Below, in pieces: positions 47,909 to 60,367 of a DNA stretch of 64,000 nt. A program made the translations under genes and the position numbers. Source of the stretch: Neophaeotheca triangularis (lineage: Eukaryota); contig BAAIJX010000004.1 in NCBI GenBank assembly GCA_054600435.1, positions 310,001 through 374,000 on the forward strand. The letters run 5' to 3'. Numbering within the stretch: the first letter of the stretch is position 1; every line of letters begins with the position of its first letter. Below the pieces are notes generated by a model. The model was given only the letters and a program-made list of their open reading frames with translations. It ran no database searches and was not told where the DNA came from.

Positions 47909-50560
47909 CTACTTCTGCAAACCCTCCAACAAACCCTCGCCCTCCTTCTTCGTGACCACGCCTTTGAAAAGCTCGCTCCCAGTATCAAGCCCCTTCTCCG
48001 CCCTCTCAAAAGCCTCATCACTGCGATCCGTCAGCGTAGCCAAGTCCGCCTCACTCAGCAAACCCCTGCCAGCCTCCAGATCAATCCTCTCGCCGTCATC
48101 CTTCCCCAACAGTGCCTGCAACTCGGCAAAATCCGCCGCACCGCCCCCATCACCACCGCCGCCGCCGCCGCGCATCGACTTGAAACGCCCCTTTTGGATG
48201 ACGAGTTTCTCCAACCGACGCTTGGAATCCGCTTTTTCCAGCAGCATCTGCTCCACTGTCCCCTTGGTGGCGAAACGGTAGACGATGACGGGTCGCGTTT
48301 GGCCGATACGGTGGGCGCGGTCCTGGGCTTGCAAGTCCTGCTGCGGGTTCCAGTCGCTGTCGAAAAGGAGCACCGTGTCCGCGGCGGCGAGATTGATGCC
48401 TTGACCGCCGGCTCGCGTCGAGAGGAGGAAGATGTTGTTGGCGCTGTCGGGTTGGTTGAAAGCTAGGATTTGCTCCTGGCGCTCGGATTGCGGGATGGAG
48501 CCGTCGATGCGGCTGCAGGGCCAGTCGCGGTATTCGCAGTAGGTTTCGAGCAGGTCGAGCTGGCTCTTGAATTGTGAGAAGATCAGGACTTTGTGGCCTT
48601 TTGTGAGGAGTTCGGGAAGCAGGCGGTCGAGGAGGAGCATTTTTCCGGATTCGGTCACAAGGGATTCGTCGACGGGCGTGTTGGAGTCGAGATCGAAGGG
48701 GTAGAAGAAGTTGTGGGGTGAGTTGCAGCATTGGCGGAGCTGCATGACGGGGTTCTGGAATTTCTTGTTAGCGACTTCGCGTTTTGCGATTGCGAGGGTT
48801 TTGGCGCGCTCCGATGTGTCTTCGTCTTCGTCTGAGGCGGGCTCTTCGGAGACAGGTGAGGAGGGTGCTTCGTCGAGTTGCTTGAAGTACTGGGTGTCGG
48901 AGAGTTCTTCGTAGGTCTGGCTCTTCTTCGCTCGGCGCGATCTAGGACCAACGCTGTCTGTCGTTGCAGGTGTCGAAGCACGACTAGTCTTCGCGCTTTT
49001 GTTGGGCGTTGAAGCGTCGTCCGCTGCTTTGCGCTTCCTGCTCGAACTTCGTGTACTCGTGGGAGTTGCAGCACCACTCAAAGTTTCAACAACTTTGTTT
49101 TCGAGGTACGCTCGTCCAGTACCCTGAAGAATCTCTTGGTAGAGCTCGCGCTGCGTCTGCGTCAGAGGAGCGTACAGCACGTATTCCCTCTTCTTTGGCA
49201 GCCCCGTTTCTACATCTGTTTTGACTCTCCGAAGCAAGAATGGCTTCAGAATGGCGTGCAGGCTCGTTACAAGGCTTTTCTTGCGTTCCTCTGACAGGAT
49301 CTGTTCATGGCCACCCTTCTCCTTGAGTGCACTAAAGTCGAACCAGGCTTCAAAGCTTTCGAGCTTGTCGAAAATGCTAGGCATGAGGAAGTGAAGCAAC
49401 GACCAGAGTTCGGAGAGGTTATTCTGCAGGGGTGTGCCAGTGATGAGCAAACGATTCGCTGACTGGTAGGACTGAAGCTCACGGATCAGTCTACAATTCA
49501 AATTCTTGATTCGATGGCCCTCGTCGATGATGATGAATTTCCAGCCAAAGTGTTGCAGATGCTTGCGATCGTTCATGCAAATCTCGTAGCTGGTACAGAT
49601 GACGGGGAATTCCTTGCCACCAGGACTGCGGAGTTGCTTTCGTCTGATATCCTCTCGCTCTTCTTTGCTGCCGTGATAGAGTACCACTGGAATATCGGGC
49701 GTCCATTTTTTGAATTCGGCAACCCAGTTGCTTGTCGTGCTTAGTGGAGCAGCGATTAGGAAAGGTCCGTTTATCCCTTTTTCTCGTAGGAAAGCGATAA
49801 ATGAGATAGTTTGGATCGTCTTGCCCAGCCCCATCTCGTCAGCCAGGATACCATTCAAGCCGTTCTCATACAGAGAAGTTAGCCATTCCAATCCCTCCAG
49901 CTGATATGTTCGCATGAGTCCACCAGTAACAAGATCCGGTTGCTTGGCCGACTTGAGATCTTGCATGCCAATATCGCTCGGCTTGACGTCTCCATCCTTG
50001 GTCTCTTCTGCAAGCGCTTCCGTGATCGAAGACTTGCCAACTTTGGATTGAATATCCTCTTTCTTGATATAGTCGGAGATCTTGCCGTTCTGTTTGCCCT
50101 TCACACCTTTGCCCCTCGAGGGCAACTGCTTCTTGGCGGCTCCGGCCTCTTTACCAGCCTGTTCTGCAGCCTTAGCACCTCTAGTGGCTCGAGTCTGACT
50201 AGCCTGCGCGGCCTGCTCGGCCTGCTCCTCCTTCTTCTCAGCGCGTTTCTTGCTCTTCTCGTCTTTTGCCGTTTCTGCCTCTTCTTGCTGCGTCATTTGC
50301 TGCAACATGATGGTTGAATACAGTTTCGACTGGCTCAAGAGATACTCTAGCGCCTTGTACTTTGTGTCCACTGCGTGCGGGCCACCCTTGATGTCCTTCT
50401 CCCTCTCGGCGGCAAGCTTGCGCTCCCTCTTGGTGTCTTCCTTTCTTCGTTGCTCTGCCATCTGAGCCTCCTCTTTCTGCATAGCCTCGGTTGCGCCATT
50501 GTCTATCTCGGGCGAGGTGGGAGGTGTACTTGCAGCGTCTGCAGCCATCTCCGAAGACAT
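47909..50560 (-). CDS. IRC5: SNF2-family chromatin remodeler of the LSH/HELLS/DDM1 subfamily (Irc5; Neurospora MUS-30-like)
   Basis: YQLEGLEWL.SLYENGLNGILADEMGLGKTIQTI, DEGHRIKN..CRLIREL, TGTPLQNN.SELWSLL, LH.ILKPFLLRRVK, STRAGGQGINL.AADTV, DWNPQQDLQAQDRAHRIGQ, RLEKLVI. Confidence 0.92.
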   Translation of the reverse strand: MSSEMAADAASTPPTSPEIDNGATEAMQKEEAQMAEQRRKEDTKRERKLAAEREKDIKGGPHAVDTKYKALEYLLSQSKLYSTIMLQQMTQQEEAETAKDEKSKKRAEKKEEQAEQAAQASQTRATRGAKAAEQAGKEAGAAKKQLPSRGKGVKGKQNGKISDYIKKEDIQSKVGKSSITEALAEETKDGDVKPSDIGMQDLKSAKQPDLVTGGLMRTYQLEGLEWLTSLYENGLNGILADEMGLGKTIQTISFIAFLREKGINGPFLIAAPLSTTSNWVAEFKKWTPDIPVVLYHGSKEEREDIRRKQLRSPGGKEFPVICTSYEICMNDRKHLQHFGWKFIIIDEGHRIKNLNCRLIRELQSYQSANRLLITGTPLQNNLSELWSLLHFLMPSIFDKLESFEAWFDFSALKEKGGHEQILSEERKKSLVTSLHAILKPFLLRRVKTDVETGLPKKREYVLYAPLTQTQRELYQEILQGTGRAYLENKVVETLSGAATPTSTRSSSRKRKAADDASTPNKSAKTSRASTPATTDSVGPRSRRAKKSQTYEELSDTQYFKQLDEAPSSPVSEEPASDEDEDTSERAKTLAIAKREVANKKFQNPVMQLRQCCNSPHNFFYPFDLDSNTPVDESLVTESGKMLLLDRLLPELLTKGHKVLIFSQFKSQLDLLETYCEYRDWPCSRIDGSIPQSERQEQILAFNQPDSANNIFLLSTRAGGQGINLAAADTVLLFDSDWNPQQDLQAQDRAHRIGQTRPVIVYRFATKGTVEQMLLEKADSKRRLEKLVIQKGRFKSMRGGGGGGDGGGAADFAELQALLGKDDGERIDLEAGRGLLSEADLATLTDRSDEAFERAEKGLDTGSELFKGVVTKKEGEGLLEGLQK

Positions 50561-50724
50561 TGGTGGCGAAGCAAATTGTGTAGATGATCTGACAAGTGAT
50601 TACTGCTACGGGAGCAAATGCGAGATACGGGTTTAAGGGAATGATCAGGAAAAAAGGCGTAGGCTGTAGTTTTGGATAGAAAGAAAGGCATTCGAGGGTA
50701 TCGTCCTCTTGTATTCTACATCAC

Positions 50725-50740
50725 AAAACGCGCTACGCGT
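50725..50740. promoter_or_regulatory. Tandem MCB-like elements upstream of IRC5
   Basis: AAAACGCG-CT-ACGCGT (ACGCGT at 50735-50740), about 170 bp upstream of the IRC5 ATG in the divergent IRC5/Nudix promoter. Confidence 0.6.
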
Positions 50741-50875
50741 CGAAACGCCCGACGTCACCAGATCGAGTTGCATTAGATTCGCTCCCCCATTAAATCTCTA
50801 GATCGCCAGATCTCCCTTGGCATTCATGGTCCGGGAATAACGATACCGAAGCAACGTCAACATCAACAGTTTAAA

Positions 50876-51882
50876 ATGGCACAAACGTCTTTTCTCGATT
50901 TAGTGAGCGCCTGCGATGAGTATGCAAAACAATAAAACCCACAGGGAGGCGAGCTCGCTGCTAACATTTCTTCACCAGCTTCCCGTACGACCCAGCGGCT
51001 GCAGAGCAATACTATGCCTTCCGCTTCGAAGGCGACACAAACCCCCATGGCTACATCAAACCCTCCGTCGTCAATCAAATGCCCTGGACACCGTCTTTCC
51101 ACATCCAACACACTCAACCCCGCTCAGTAACCGTCCTCGACAACTCCAAGGGCACCGCCACCGCCGACAGCGTCAACACAGCCATCCAAGACCTCGTCAA
51201 CACCTGCATCGATCGCAGCCTCTTCGACCTCCTCTGCGGCCAGCACAGCGAGCTCTGCCAAGTCGTCTCGGCGAATTTCTCCAAACCCATCTACGTCGAA
51301 CGCTTCGCCACCTCCCTGTTCGGCCTAACCATGCGCGGCGCCCACCTCGTAGCCTATACCCACAACCAGGACCAAGGTATGCAAATTTGGGTACCGCGCC
51401 GAGCCGCACACCTCTACATCTGCGGCGGCATGCTCGACACGACCGTCGCGGGAGGGATCAAAGGTTGCGCGTCGCCTCTGCAGACCATCATCGAAGAAGC
51501 CGACGAGGAAGCCTCTCTGCCTGCAAATTTGATAAAACCCCTCATCCGCTCCCGCGGCGTAGTCTCGCACATGGGACTCACAGGGCCAGGCTTTCCCGGC
51601 GAGCAAGGGCTCGCGACTCCTGATTTCGTGTACGTCTACGACATCGAGCTGCCGGCGGACACGGTGCCGAAGCCGCATGATGAAGAGGTGAGTGCGTTCT
51701 CGTTGATGGGGGTTGAGGAGGTGAAAGCGAGATTGTTGCGGCTGGAGTTCAAGCCAGATTCTGCGGCGGTGCTTGTGGATTTCTTGATCACGCATGGGTT
51801 TGTTACGGCGGAAAATGAGCGGGATTTTGTTGAGATTACTATGCGCTTGCACCGGAGGCTGCCGTTCAGGACTTCGTTGTAG
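50876..51882 (+). CDS. Nudix hydrolase, thiamine pyrophosphokinase-related (YJR142W-like); exons 50876-50919 and 50979-51882
   Basis: LDLV.ACD|.FPY, ERFATSLFG...GAHL.AY, IWVPRR, GMLDTTVAGGI, Nudix box EEADEEASL, EVSAF.LM, EFKP..A.V.VDFLI.HG, RLHRRLPF. Confidence 0.88.
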
Positions 51883-52562
51883 CTGAACCGTGGATGATCC
51901 CATCGGCCCTTTAATGTTGCATTGCCTATAGTCCTGGCCATTCACATTGGCACTCACAGGCTCTTGTGTAGAAACGTAGCAAAGCATTCCCGCCCGCGTG
52001 CGTTCTCTGATGGCTTGCACACTTGTAGCGTGAAGCAAAAACTAGAGCAGCAAAGCTAGGGGATATGCCTATTCATTTTGAGTTCAATATCAACATCGGT
52101 TTCACGTTTCAAACACGACTTCCACTACTTTCGCTGAGTTCCTTGCCTACAAACCCAGAGAATGACACGAACGGGGCACAATGACAGCCAACAACAATCT
52201 CTCCATATAACAGACTTGACCAAAGCTACTGTGACAAGCGGTTTGGAAAGACACGCCACACATCAGACCTAGGCTGGAAGAAACATGGCCAACCTGTCTT
52301 TTGACAGGCAACTCAAACTCTTACCCTCGTCACTAAAGCAGAACTAAAACATGAAGCACAACTAACCCGACAGGAACACCTCACCCATAAGCGTGAAGAA
52401 CAAGGGAGGGGACCGCGACTCGAATGCAAAGAAATAGTATCTCACATTCAAACCCGTCTGAAGTACGTACCAAAGAGCGAACGCCCAATGCGCCCGCTCT
52501 CTCTCCTTCTCTCTCCCCGCCACCGTACCACCCAACCACGACTATCGTTAACTTATTCGTGC

Positions 52563-52636
52563 GAGAGAGAAAGAGAGAGAGAGAGAGAAACAGAGAGAGA
52601 CAGAGACAGAGGGAGACAGAGACACAGAGAGAGAGA
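52563..52636. repeat. GA-rich compound microsatellite
   Basis: (GA)n and (GACAGA)n runs downstream of the KH gene. Confidence 0.8.
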
Positions 52637-53146
52637 GCACAACATCCTTTAAAAAGCACAAGAATACAAAATACAATAAACATCCATAGTGATTCGATCG
52701 CGCAAAGTGGTATATTCCCATATCACACCGCCCCATCCCCGACTCGAGAGAACAAAACACAGCGCTCTAAGAGGAGGGCAGGGTAACAACCGTAGCAGCA
52801 GGGCAGGCAGCGTTAAGGACCACCCAAAACCCAACAACCTTCCCCTGCCCCTGCCCTACCCTACCGCCCTCCTAACCGACCCCGTGAACTAAAGGCCGCA
52901 AGCCAAAAGCAGAACAACAACACAACCGACGTCGCTTTTTCTCTTCTCTTTCGCCATTTCGTTTGTTTTCAGTAGAGAGGGGTATTGTGCATGACTTCGC
53001 TGAAGAAGAGAAACAAGAATCATCCCGGGAGGTTTTCCATTCGTGTATCGATTGACGCGCGCGCAAAGTAGGGTATTTTTTTTTTGTTATGTCGTTGGAG
53101 AAGTCTTTATAAAGTAAGAAGCTGGGTGCTGTTTTGTGAAGTGAAT

Positions 53147-56100
53147 TCAACGCGGAGGCCCAATTGGGGCCGGGTATCCTGAAGAAGTTGTAGTAGAGGC
53201 AGTGGCAGCGGTCGGCGCCGAAGTTGGCCCCGAGGAGGCTGTTGCCGTGCCCGTGCTGTTGCCCGAGGTTGATGGACGGGAGCCGTAGCCCCCGTCGGCG
53301 GCGCGGTCGTATTTGGGTGTCACGTCGCCGTTGATGGCGGCGCTGCTTCCATTGTGGGAGTGCACGCCGTTAGTCATGCCCAGACCTGGGATCATAGGCG
53401 TGTTGAGAGAGCTCGAGGATGCATTGCCGTTGGTGCCAAAGGGAAACTTGCTCTCGAAGGCACCGGAGAGCGAATTCGAAGACGTGTTTGGGCGGCTTGT
53501 GTTTGCCGAACCGCTGAAGGAGCCCCATCCGTTGCCATGAGTTGAGCCGTACAATGAGGTTGCATTGCCGTTTTGATCGTGGTCGAGGTCGATGCCGCTG
53601 TCGTTCCAAGGGTTACGGTAGCCCGAGTCTCGTGACTCCATGCTGACAAGAGATGCCTTTGACGCGTTTGACGACGCATGCTTGAAGAGCGAAGAGGCAG
53701 GGCTGTTGGCGCCATTCTTGCGTCGCTCCAGGAACGATGAGAAGGAGGACATACTTCCAGGCTTGCGCAGCTTGTCAAATATCGAGCGATTGCCGCTGTC
53801 ATCGCCCGTGAACGTTGTCCGCGTGGGAGACTCGGTCTGAACGGGCGGCTCTGCGCGCTGCAGTAGCTTGGACTCGAAGTACGGCATGTTGTCCTCAAAC
53901 GAATCAGACTTCGGGCGAGGAATCGCTCCCTTGACATTGTTACCGTCGAGGCCACGAGCCATCAGAGGGAGCAAGAGGAAATCAATTGCATCTTTCAAGC
54001 CGCCAGCGTTGTTGCGAGTGTAGCTCAAGACCAGCTTTTCGATCAATTGGTCCTGTTCCCCTTGGGTTTCGCGGCGTGGCTCGGCAGCCTTGACTTCGAC
54101 AACATACTGGTCTCGCAGCTTCACTGCAGTGTCGGAGAGAAATTCTGCAGAGCTTAGGAACTGGCGCAGCTCGGCGTTCGTTGGGAACTCGATCTCGTGT
54201 GTCTCTGGCACCATACCCTTTTTACAATATTAGCATCTCGTCGTTAAACCCAGCTCGCTACCTCGAAAGTGACACTTACCAAGAACTCATCGACGGCCTG
54301 CGGGACCTGGTACTCAGGACCAGAGACCGTAATGGTATCAGAAGCCTGCTCGGTGCCGGGGAAAGTGATCTTGCAGTTCCACTTCTTCTCAAGTTCCTCA
54401 ATCTCAGGCATGCGCGTGATGAGCTCACGGTGGTAGAGGCGATCGACAATGACCGACTCCGACACGAACTCTGCATCGACCTTTTCGACCATGTCCATGA
54501 TCTCGGCCTTAACAAGCTCCAAGTTGTCGGCATTGCGAGCCGGCGTGCGGCAGATGACGTTGTCAACTTTGATATCGTCGTCGTCCTTGCCAATTCCACC
54601 GCGATCCATAGCATTGCTAAACTTCACAAAGACCGAGTACTTCTTCATGATGCGCTGGATGTGTTGTCCACCGATACCAATAATACGCTTGTGGTACTGG
54701 TCGGGAACGTGAAAGGAAATTGAAGCCGGCATTTCCAGTTCAACCAAGTCCAGACCGTTCTTCGTCGCTTCGTACTGCGCACCGCGGACATCGATGTAGA
54801 AGTTGTACTCGTTGAAGCCGTCAAAGACAATCTGGACGTTGCTTTGGCTCATGATCTTGTTGATCTTGCCATTTTTCTTGCCAGACACGAACTCTTTGTG
54901 CTCGTTGGCAAGCTCGACCTTGACTCGGAGCGTCGATTGCGCCTTCTTCACAAACGGCAGAGTGTTGATAATGGACATGGCAGCCTTGACCGCATCATCG
55001 CTTCCATTGATGTGGAAGTTGGTCTTCTCGAACGTGATCTCTGCGCCCGCATTGATACAGATATCCGGGAGCATCACGCGGATGTCCGAGAGAGTCGGCT
55101 GTCTCGTGTTGGGCTCCGGGTGTGTAACCCACCAAGAAGCACTGTAGAACTGCCCAGCAAGGCCCATGATCTCGCGAACGGTGCGCTCCACGTTCAAAAT
55201 GTCGGTCGCCTGTACGCGTAGTACTCCGCTGTGGTTGCCAAGGGGAGGAAGCAGCACATACGAGCCATTGGCCTCGATGATCTTGCGGATTTTGTCCAGA
55301 CGCTCGAGTAAGATATAGTCCACTTTGCTGGTCGTGATCTGCACGTCCTTCACAAATGTCTTCGTAGCCATCACCAACTCGTGTAACTTTCTCTTCGCCT
55401 GCAGAATGCTGTCCATTGTATCCCCGGTTATGATGATTTCATCTCTTCCGCGAAGCGGAACGGAGCCAGGAGGCGCGTATCCAAACACTGTCGGGAAAAG
55501 CGGCGGAAAGTAGATTGCAGTACCGGTCGTCGATTCGATGACCTTGATGTTGCGCTTGTGCCGTCCACATATCAGACTGTGCAAAGACAACTCGAGACGG
55601 ATTGTGTCCACTTGGCGCTGGAGGAGCTGATCGATCATGATGAGTAGCCGAGTCTTCGCGTTCTCCGAGCTTTCCATGTCGCCGAAGATGTGGACTCTGA
55701 GCCTTGTGTCCATGCTCGATTCCATGCTTCCACTAAAGCTCGCAGACTCCGAGTCCTTGCGTCTTGCCTTGGCCTCAAGCATGAAGATGTCTGCCTTGGT
55801 CTTATCCGCAATTTCATCCATGTGGTTCAAAATGTCTGCTCTTGCTCCTTCCTGGCCCTTTGGGAACACAATCTCGCGGTCAATGTCAATCGTAGCGCAT
55901 CGCTAAGACGGTGTTAGCATCAACCCCAAGTACATGCTCACTAAATCTAACTCACCAGCGTGATAGGCGTCTCATTCAGGACTCTCGCCCTCATCTTGTG
56001 CACCAACTCCGAGTCACCCGAAATGCACACGTTCGTGACCAAAGCCGTCAAAGGTCCCCTCTGCATCCCAGGCACCGGCTTCGGCTTGGAGCTGGTCACC

Positions 56101-56513
56101 GTCGCCTGTATCCTATCACCGCTGCCCTCGCTCATCTGCCGACACAGACTCCTTAAATTCTCGACATTGCGGACATGCACCGGCAAAGCGTGGTTCGGCG
56201 TATCTTCCGTGGCATCTTCGGGATGGACCCAGCGCTGGAAAGCGCCCATTGAGGAATACAGAACGTCTTCCTTGTCCGGGCCGGGCAGGTTCGAGTTGAA
56301 GGGGACATTGAAGGAGAGATTGACAATATGGCCCGGTACAGCTGGGTTTGGGGACATGGAGGCGCCCGGTAACAAGCTGCGCTTGCCCGGAACGGAGGGA
56401 GGCGTGATGCTCATATCATGATTGGGCACATGTTGTCGACCGAACCCCATGGCTGGAGAGACCTTGTCCCAGCCGTGACGCGCTTGGCCAGTAAAAGAGG
56501 AGATCTTGTGCAT
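53147..56513 (-). CDS. Multi-KH-domain RNA-binding protein (Mug60/YLL032C-like); exons 56513-55956, 55902-54280, 54217-53147
   Basis: KH loops LICGRHKRNI, FVSGKKNGKINKIM, HKRIIGIGGQHIQRIMKKYSVFVKFSN; start MHKISSFTGQARHGW; introns 55903-55955 and 54218-54279. Confidence 0.88.
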
Positions 56514-57225
56514 GTCGTGTCGAGGCGAGATCGCTCGATGCTGTCGAAACGTGACAGCAAGAGAATGGCAATGGATATGCACACGCGGACCCGAGATTGT
56601 GTGTGTTGCCGAGGAGGGAAAGGTGGTCGCAGAACGGGGTATCGAGAATGGCAAGCTGACGGGAAGAGTGAGTGGAAATGGTAAAAGCAGCAGTAGCAGA
56701 AACCCCGAGGCAACCCGAACGAAAGCGAACACCAGCGCCGCCGGACCTCAGAATCAGTTGGAGGTCATCGAGGCAAGTCAGTAGTAGGAAGTGATGCGGG
56801 TGTGCGGCGTGAAGTCGTGAGAAGCAAGTTGAAGCAGTGGTGTGCCCAGCTGGAGGTGCGAGTTGATGTCGACGGCCTCGCCAGACCTGCCCGCCTTTTA
56901 TGCAGCCAATGACATGCGGCCTTGGGGATGCAGGCTTTCACAAATTGCTCGTTGATAATTATACAACTGCATGTCAACAGACTAACGAAACCCAACTACG
57001 CCTGAGAACACACCATTAATTCGAGATACACGCGATGGCGTAGATTAGAGTCTGAAACACGTGTATTGTTGATCAAGCTATCTGGCTACCTTGAGGGTGA
57101 ACCTCTCGCAGCACTACTTGATCGCTAGTATGCCAACCGAATACCTCAGCCTTTTCCGCACGGCATGCGAACCGTTCCAAAAGCATGTACTTTGTCATGC
57201 ACCTTCCATGTCCCTTGAGCCACCC

Positions 57226-60030
57226 TTACTGGTACTGCACAACCCGCCCATACTGATCGACGTACTGGTATCCCTCCGGCGGCGCCTGACTGTACGCATA
57301 CTCCCTCGACTGGACCGGTGCAGCATACTGGGAGCGAGGGGCCGGAGCATGTTGCGCGTAGCCGTACGGAGGAGCAGGCTCGGCAGGCATGACACTGACA
57401 GCACGTCTGGAATCCTGCGGCGGTTGAGCGGGCGGTGGCGCCATCTCGCGACGTAGGGCGTACTGCACAGGAGCAACACTCGCCTGGCGAGGCGCATAGA
57501 CTGCCTGCGCGGGCTGCTGAGCGTGGTCTGGGACGATGCTGTAGCTTCTGGGGGGAGCGTAAACCGGAGAGGTCGCCTCATGCTGTGGCTGAGACGCTGG
57601 CTCCCTTTGCGTGTACTGGTGGGCAGGTGAAGTGGGTCCTGGAGAGTATCGATACGCTGTGGGCTCCACGTAATGAGAACGCTGAGGGGGAACAGAGGCT
57701 GCCATCGTTTCTGACGGACGAGTGCTGTATTCACGCACACGGTACCCTTGAGGATCGACACGATAACCTTGAGCGTCGACATACTCAACAGGCTGTGCTC
57801 TACGCACTGGCGGAGGTGGAGGCCCCATACGTTGCTCGGCTGGTGCGTACTGCGTTGGCTGGTCATATACCGACATGGCCCTGCTTGGCGCACGTGCGTA
57901 TGCCGGCTCAGGCATCGCATGTCTATTGGGTGGCGCCATCGAAGCACGAGGAGCTGCGGCGGAATCGTAGTGGTCACTTGGAGGCATTGGCACGAAGCTA
58001 GTCATGCGACTCGGAGCGCGCTCATAGCCGACCTCAGGTCTCTCTGGGGGCGGCGCAGGGGCAGCATAGTACTTCATCCCATGGTGGTCCACGATGAACC
58101 GGGGTGAGGGCTCGCCATAGGCCGACGCTGGTTGCTCTGGTGGTGGTGGGGGCATGGCCGATCTTTGGGGAGCCATGGTAGCCGGAGAAGCTCGTGCGTC
58201 TTCACGCGGTCGCACCGAGCGGGCTGTGGGATCATCATTTCCGTAGCCACTCGCTGCCAAGTATGGCCCAACAGGTGAGTAGCGGCGATCTTGAGGGGGC
58301 GAAGCTGGTCGGTGCTGCGCGTATTGCATGCTCGCCACACGCCTGAGATCTTGATTGTCTCTCTGAACATAGCGGACGGGTGCCGGAGACGCATAGCGAG
58401 AGCTTGAAGCGGAGTCGTAACCGTAAGGCGCGGGGGGACCATGTTGGTAGACAGGAGCCATTGGCGCAGCCTGCCTGGGGGACACCAGATCCACCTGAGC
58501 AGGCATCTGCTGTTCTGGCCTTTCGCCATATGTTAGAGCCTGTGGAACATTTTCAAACATGGGTGACGTTGGCTCGGGTTTGATGTACGAATCTTGTTGC
58601 GCGGAGCCTGGAGGAGTGTTCTGACGGCGACGCTTGCCAGATTCGGGATTATCCTGCTCTTGCTTGCGCTTCTTGTTCCCCTTCTTGTTCTTGGTCTTCT
58701 TCCCAGCTTTTGCATTCTCAGCGGTAGGTGGAGGTGAAGGGGACGAGATACGCATGTCGGCCGCGGATGGATGTTGAAATCGCTTGGACTTTTTGGTTGG
58801 CTGGGGCTGGGGCTGGGGCTGCTTGGTCTTTTTGCCTTTCTTGAGCACGACTTCAGGACGCCCGTTCACTAGAGCGAGTTCGTAATCATCGTTAAAATGT
58901 TGGGAAGCAGCAAGGGGAGACACACGATTTGGCTGTGGCGCCGCAATATTGGTGAGATGATTGTTGCGAACAATTGGGACTCCGGGTGAGGTTTCTTCAG
59001 GCTGCTCAGCCGCATCTTGAGGTGTAGCCATGACGCTTCCAGCAGTGATCTCGCCAGGCTCGTATTCGGAGTCGTCGTTCGACGCAGCAGTGGCCTGACG
59101 GCGTTTTGTGACGGCCTTGCCTCTGTAGCTGTCGAAGGCAGCCGCAGGAGGTGGTGTATACTCGTCGTCTTCACTCTTTTCAGCGACCTCTTCGTGTGCT
59201 TCACCAAAGCTGTGAAATGGTTGTGTGGCGGAAACGCGAGAGCCGTAAAGCTGAGGGGCATTTGCTGACTGCACAGAAGGTTGTTGCTGTCCCTTGAAAG
59301 TAAAGGGCTCCGCAAGTGGAGAAGATGCCACAGGCGCCTTATCACGTGTGATACCCAGCTGCTCGTAATCGGCAGTGAAGGAAGCTGACGGCCCTGCAGA
59401 GCGATCAGCAGCTTTGTTCGACTTCACTTCACTGTCAGGAGTCCAATCGCTTTCCACTAAGCTGGAGTAGTAGTCATTCTCATCAAAGCTGCTGCCAGCA
59501 TCGTTGCCTTGAGTTACACGTGACTTGAGTCCCGAAATTGGGGACACAAGAGCCCAAGCATTATCAAGATGTTCCTCAAGCACGGTAGCCGGTAGCAGGT
59601 GAGGGTCCTGGACACTACGTGCGCGCTTTCGCTGTCCCGCACGAATGGACATCTCTCGCTCGATGCGCTTGCGTTTGGGCTGACCTTGTTGAGTTGCAGT
59701 CTTTTCTGGAGCTGCCGGCATCAAAGCGTGCGGTGCTGTGTCCTTCTGAATAGAAGACATGTTGTGCGCAAAAGCCTCAACGTTCCCATTCTGCTGTTCC
59801 TGCGGCGCCGCCTCGTGTGCGCCGTTTTGCTGTACAGACTCTGGGTCTACTAGTGGTCTTTTGAGCTCGTCTATCTTCGCTTGTGGCAGCGAAAGCGTCG
59901 GATGCGACCCAGCGAGGATGTCGTTGCGCAGTCGCAAGACGACCTCGTGGAAATTCTCGCCATCGCGTCCTGAGCCGATGGCTTGTCCATTGGCCATGGC
60001 AGGCGCGGCTGAGGCAACCTCAGCTGCCAT
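57226..60030 (-). CDS. Large Pro/Gln-rich, largely disordered protein of unknown function
   Basis: Uninterrupted ORF of more than 900 aa; first ATG 60030; short motif-like islands (LRNDILAGSHP.L.LP, SFDENDYYSS, IAAPQPNRVSPLA, IKPEP.SP, DLRRVASMQYA); NLS-like KKRK. Confidence 0.8.
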   Translation of the reverse strand: MAAEVASAAPAMANGQAIGSGRDGENFHEVVLRLRNDILAGSHPTLSLPQAKIDELKRPLVDPESVQQNGAHEAAPQEQQNGNVEAFAHNMSSIQKDTAPHALMPAAPEKTATQQGQPKRKRIEREMSIRAGQRKRARSVQDPHLLPATVLEEHLDNAWALVSPISGLKSRVTQGNDAGSSFDENDYYSSLVESDWTPDSEVKSNKAADRSAGPSASFTADYEQLGITRDKAPVASSPLAEPFTFKGQQQPSVQSANAPQLYGSRVSATQPFHSFGEAHEEVAEKSEDDEYTPPPAAAFDSYRGKAVTKRRQATAASNDDSEYEPGEITAGSVMATPQDAAEQPEETSPGVPIVRNNHLTNIAAPQPNRVSPLAASQHFNDDYELALVNGRPEVVLKKGKKTKQPQPQPQPTKKSKRFQHPSAADMRISSPSPPPTAENAKAGKKTKNKKGNKKRKQEQDNPESGKRRRQNTPPGSAQQDSYIKPEPTSPMFENVPQALTYGERPEQQMPAQVDLVSPRQAAPMAPVYQHGPPAPYGYDSASSSRYASPAPVRYVQRDNQDLRRVASMQYAQHRPASPPQDRRYSPVGPYLAASGYGNDDPTARSVRPREDARASPATMAPQRSAMPPPPPEQPASAYGEPSPRFIVDHHGMKYYAAPAPPPERPEVGYERAPSRMTSFVPMPPSDHYDSAAAPRASMAPPNRHAMPEPAYARAPSRAMSVYDQPTQYAPAEQRMGPPPPPVRRAQPVEYVDAQGYRVDPQGYRVREYSTRPSETMAASVPPQRSHYVEPTAYRYSPGPTSPAHQYTQREPASQPQHEATSPVYAPPRSYSIVPDHAQQPAQAVYAPRQASVAPVQYALRREMAPPPAQPPQDSRRAVSVMPAEPAPPYGYAQHAPAPRSQYAAPVQSREYAYSQAPPEGYQYVDQYGRVVQYQ

Positions 60031-60367
60031 AATTCGCCTTCTGACGCTACACCGCACGTGAGAAGGGTATTGAAGTTGAGGGTGTGCAAAGGGAGGGAGC
60101 GAGCAAGGAGGGAGGAGGTCAGCGGTTCATTCACGAGAGTCTACCTAGGTAGGTAGTAGTAAAGTCGGAGGAAGCTTGGAGAGCTGCATGGGGAAAGTCT
60201 GCCGAGGAATCTAATTAGGGGGCAACACAACAAGAGCCGTGACTTATATACTAACGTTAGTAGCGTGTGTTGATGTGTTCATGACAGTGGCAAGACATCC
60301 AGGTACGTTGACCTCGAATCACTCTCCACGTTTGTGTTATGATACAAATAGCAATATCAACGGATCC

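Noticed and set aside
56514..56732. Hydrophobic signal-like N-terminal extension of the KH protein in the ORF track
   Set aside because: Starts at a non-ATG codon in pyrimidine-rich 5'UTR sequence; the plausible start is MHKISSF at 56513
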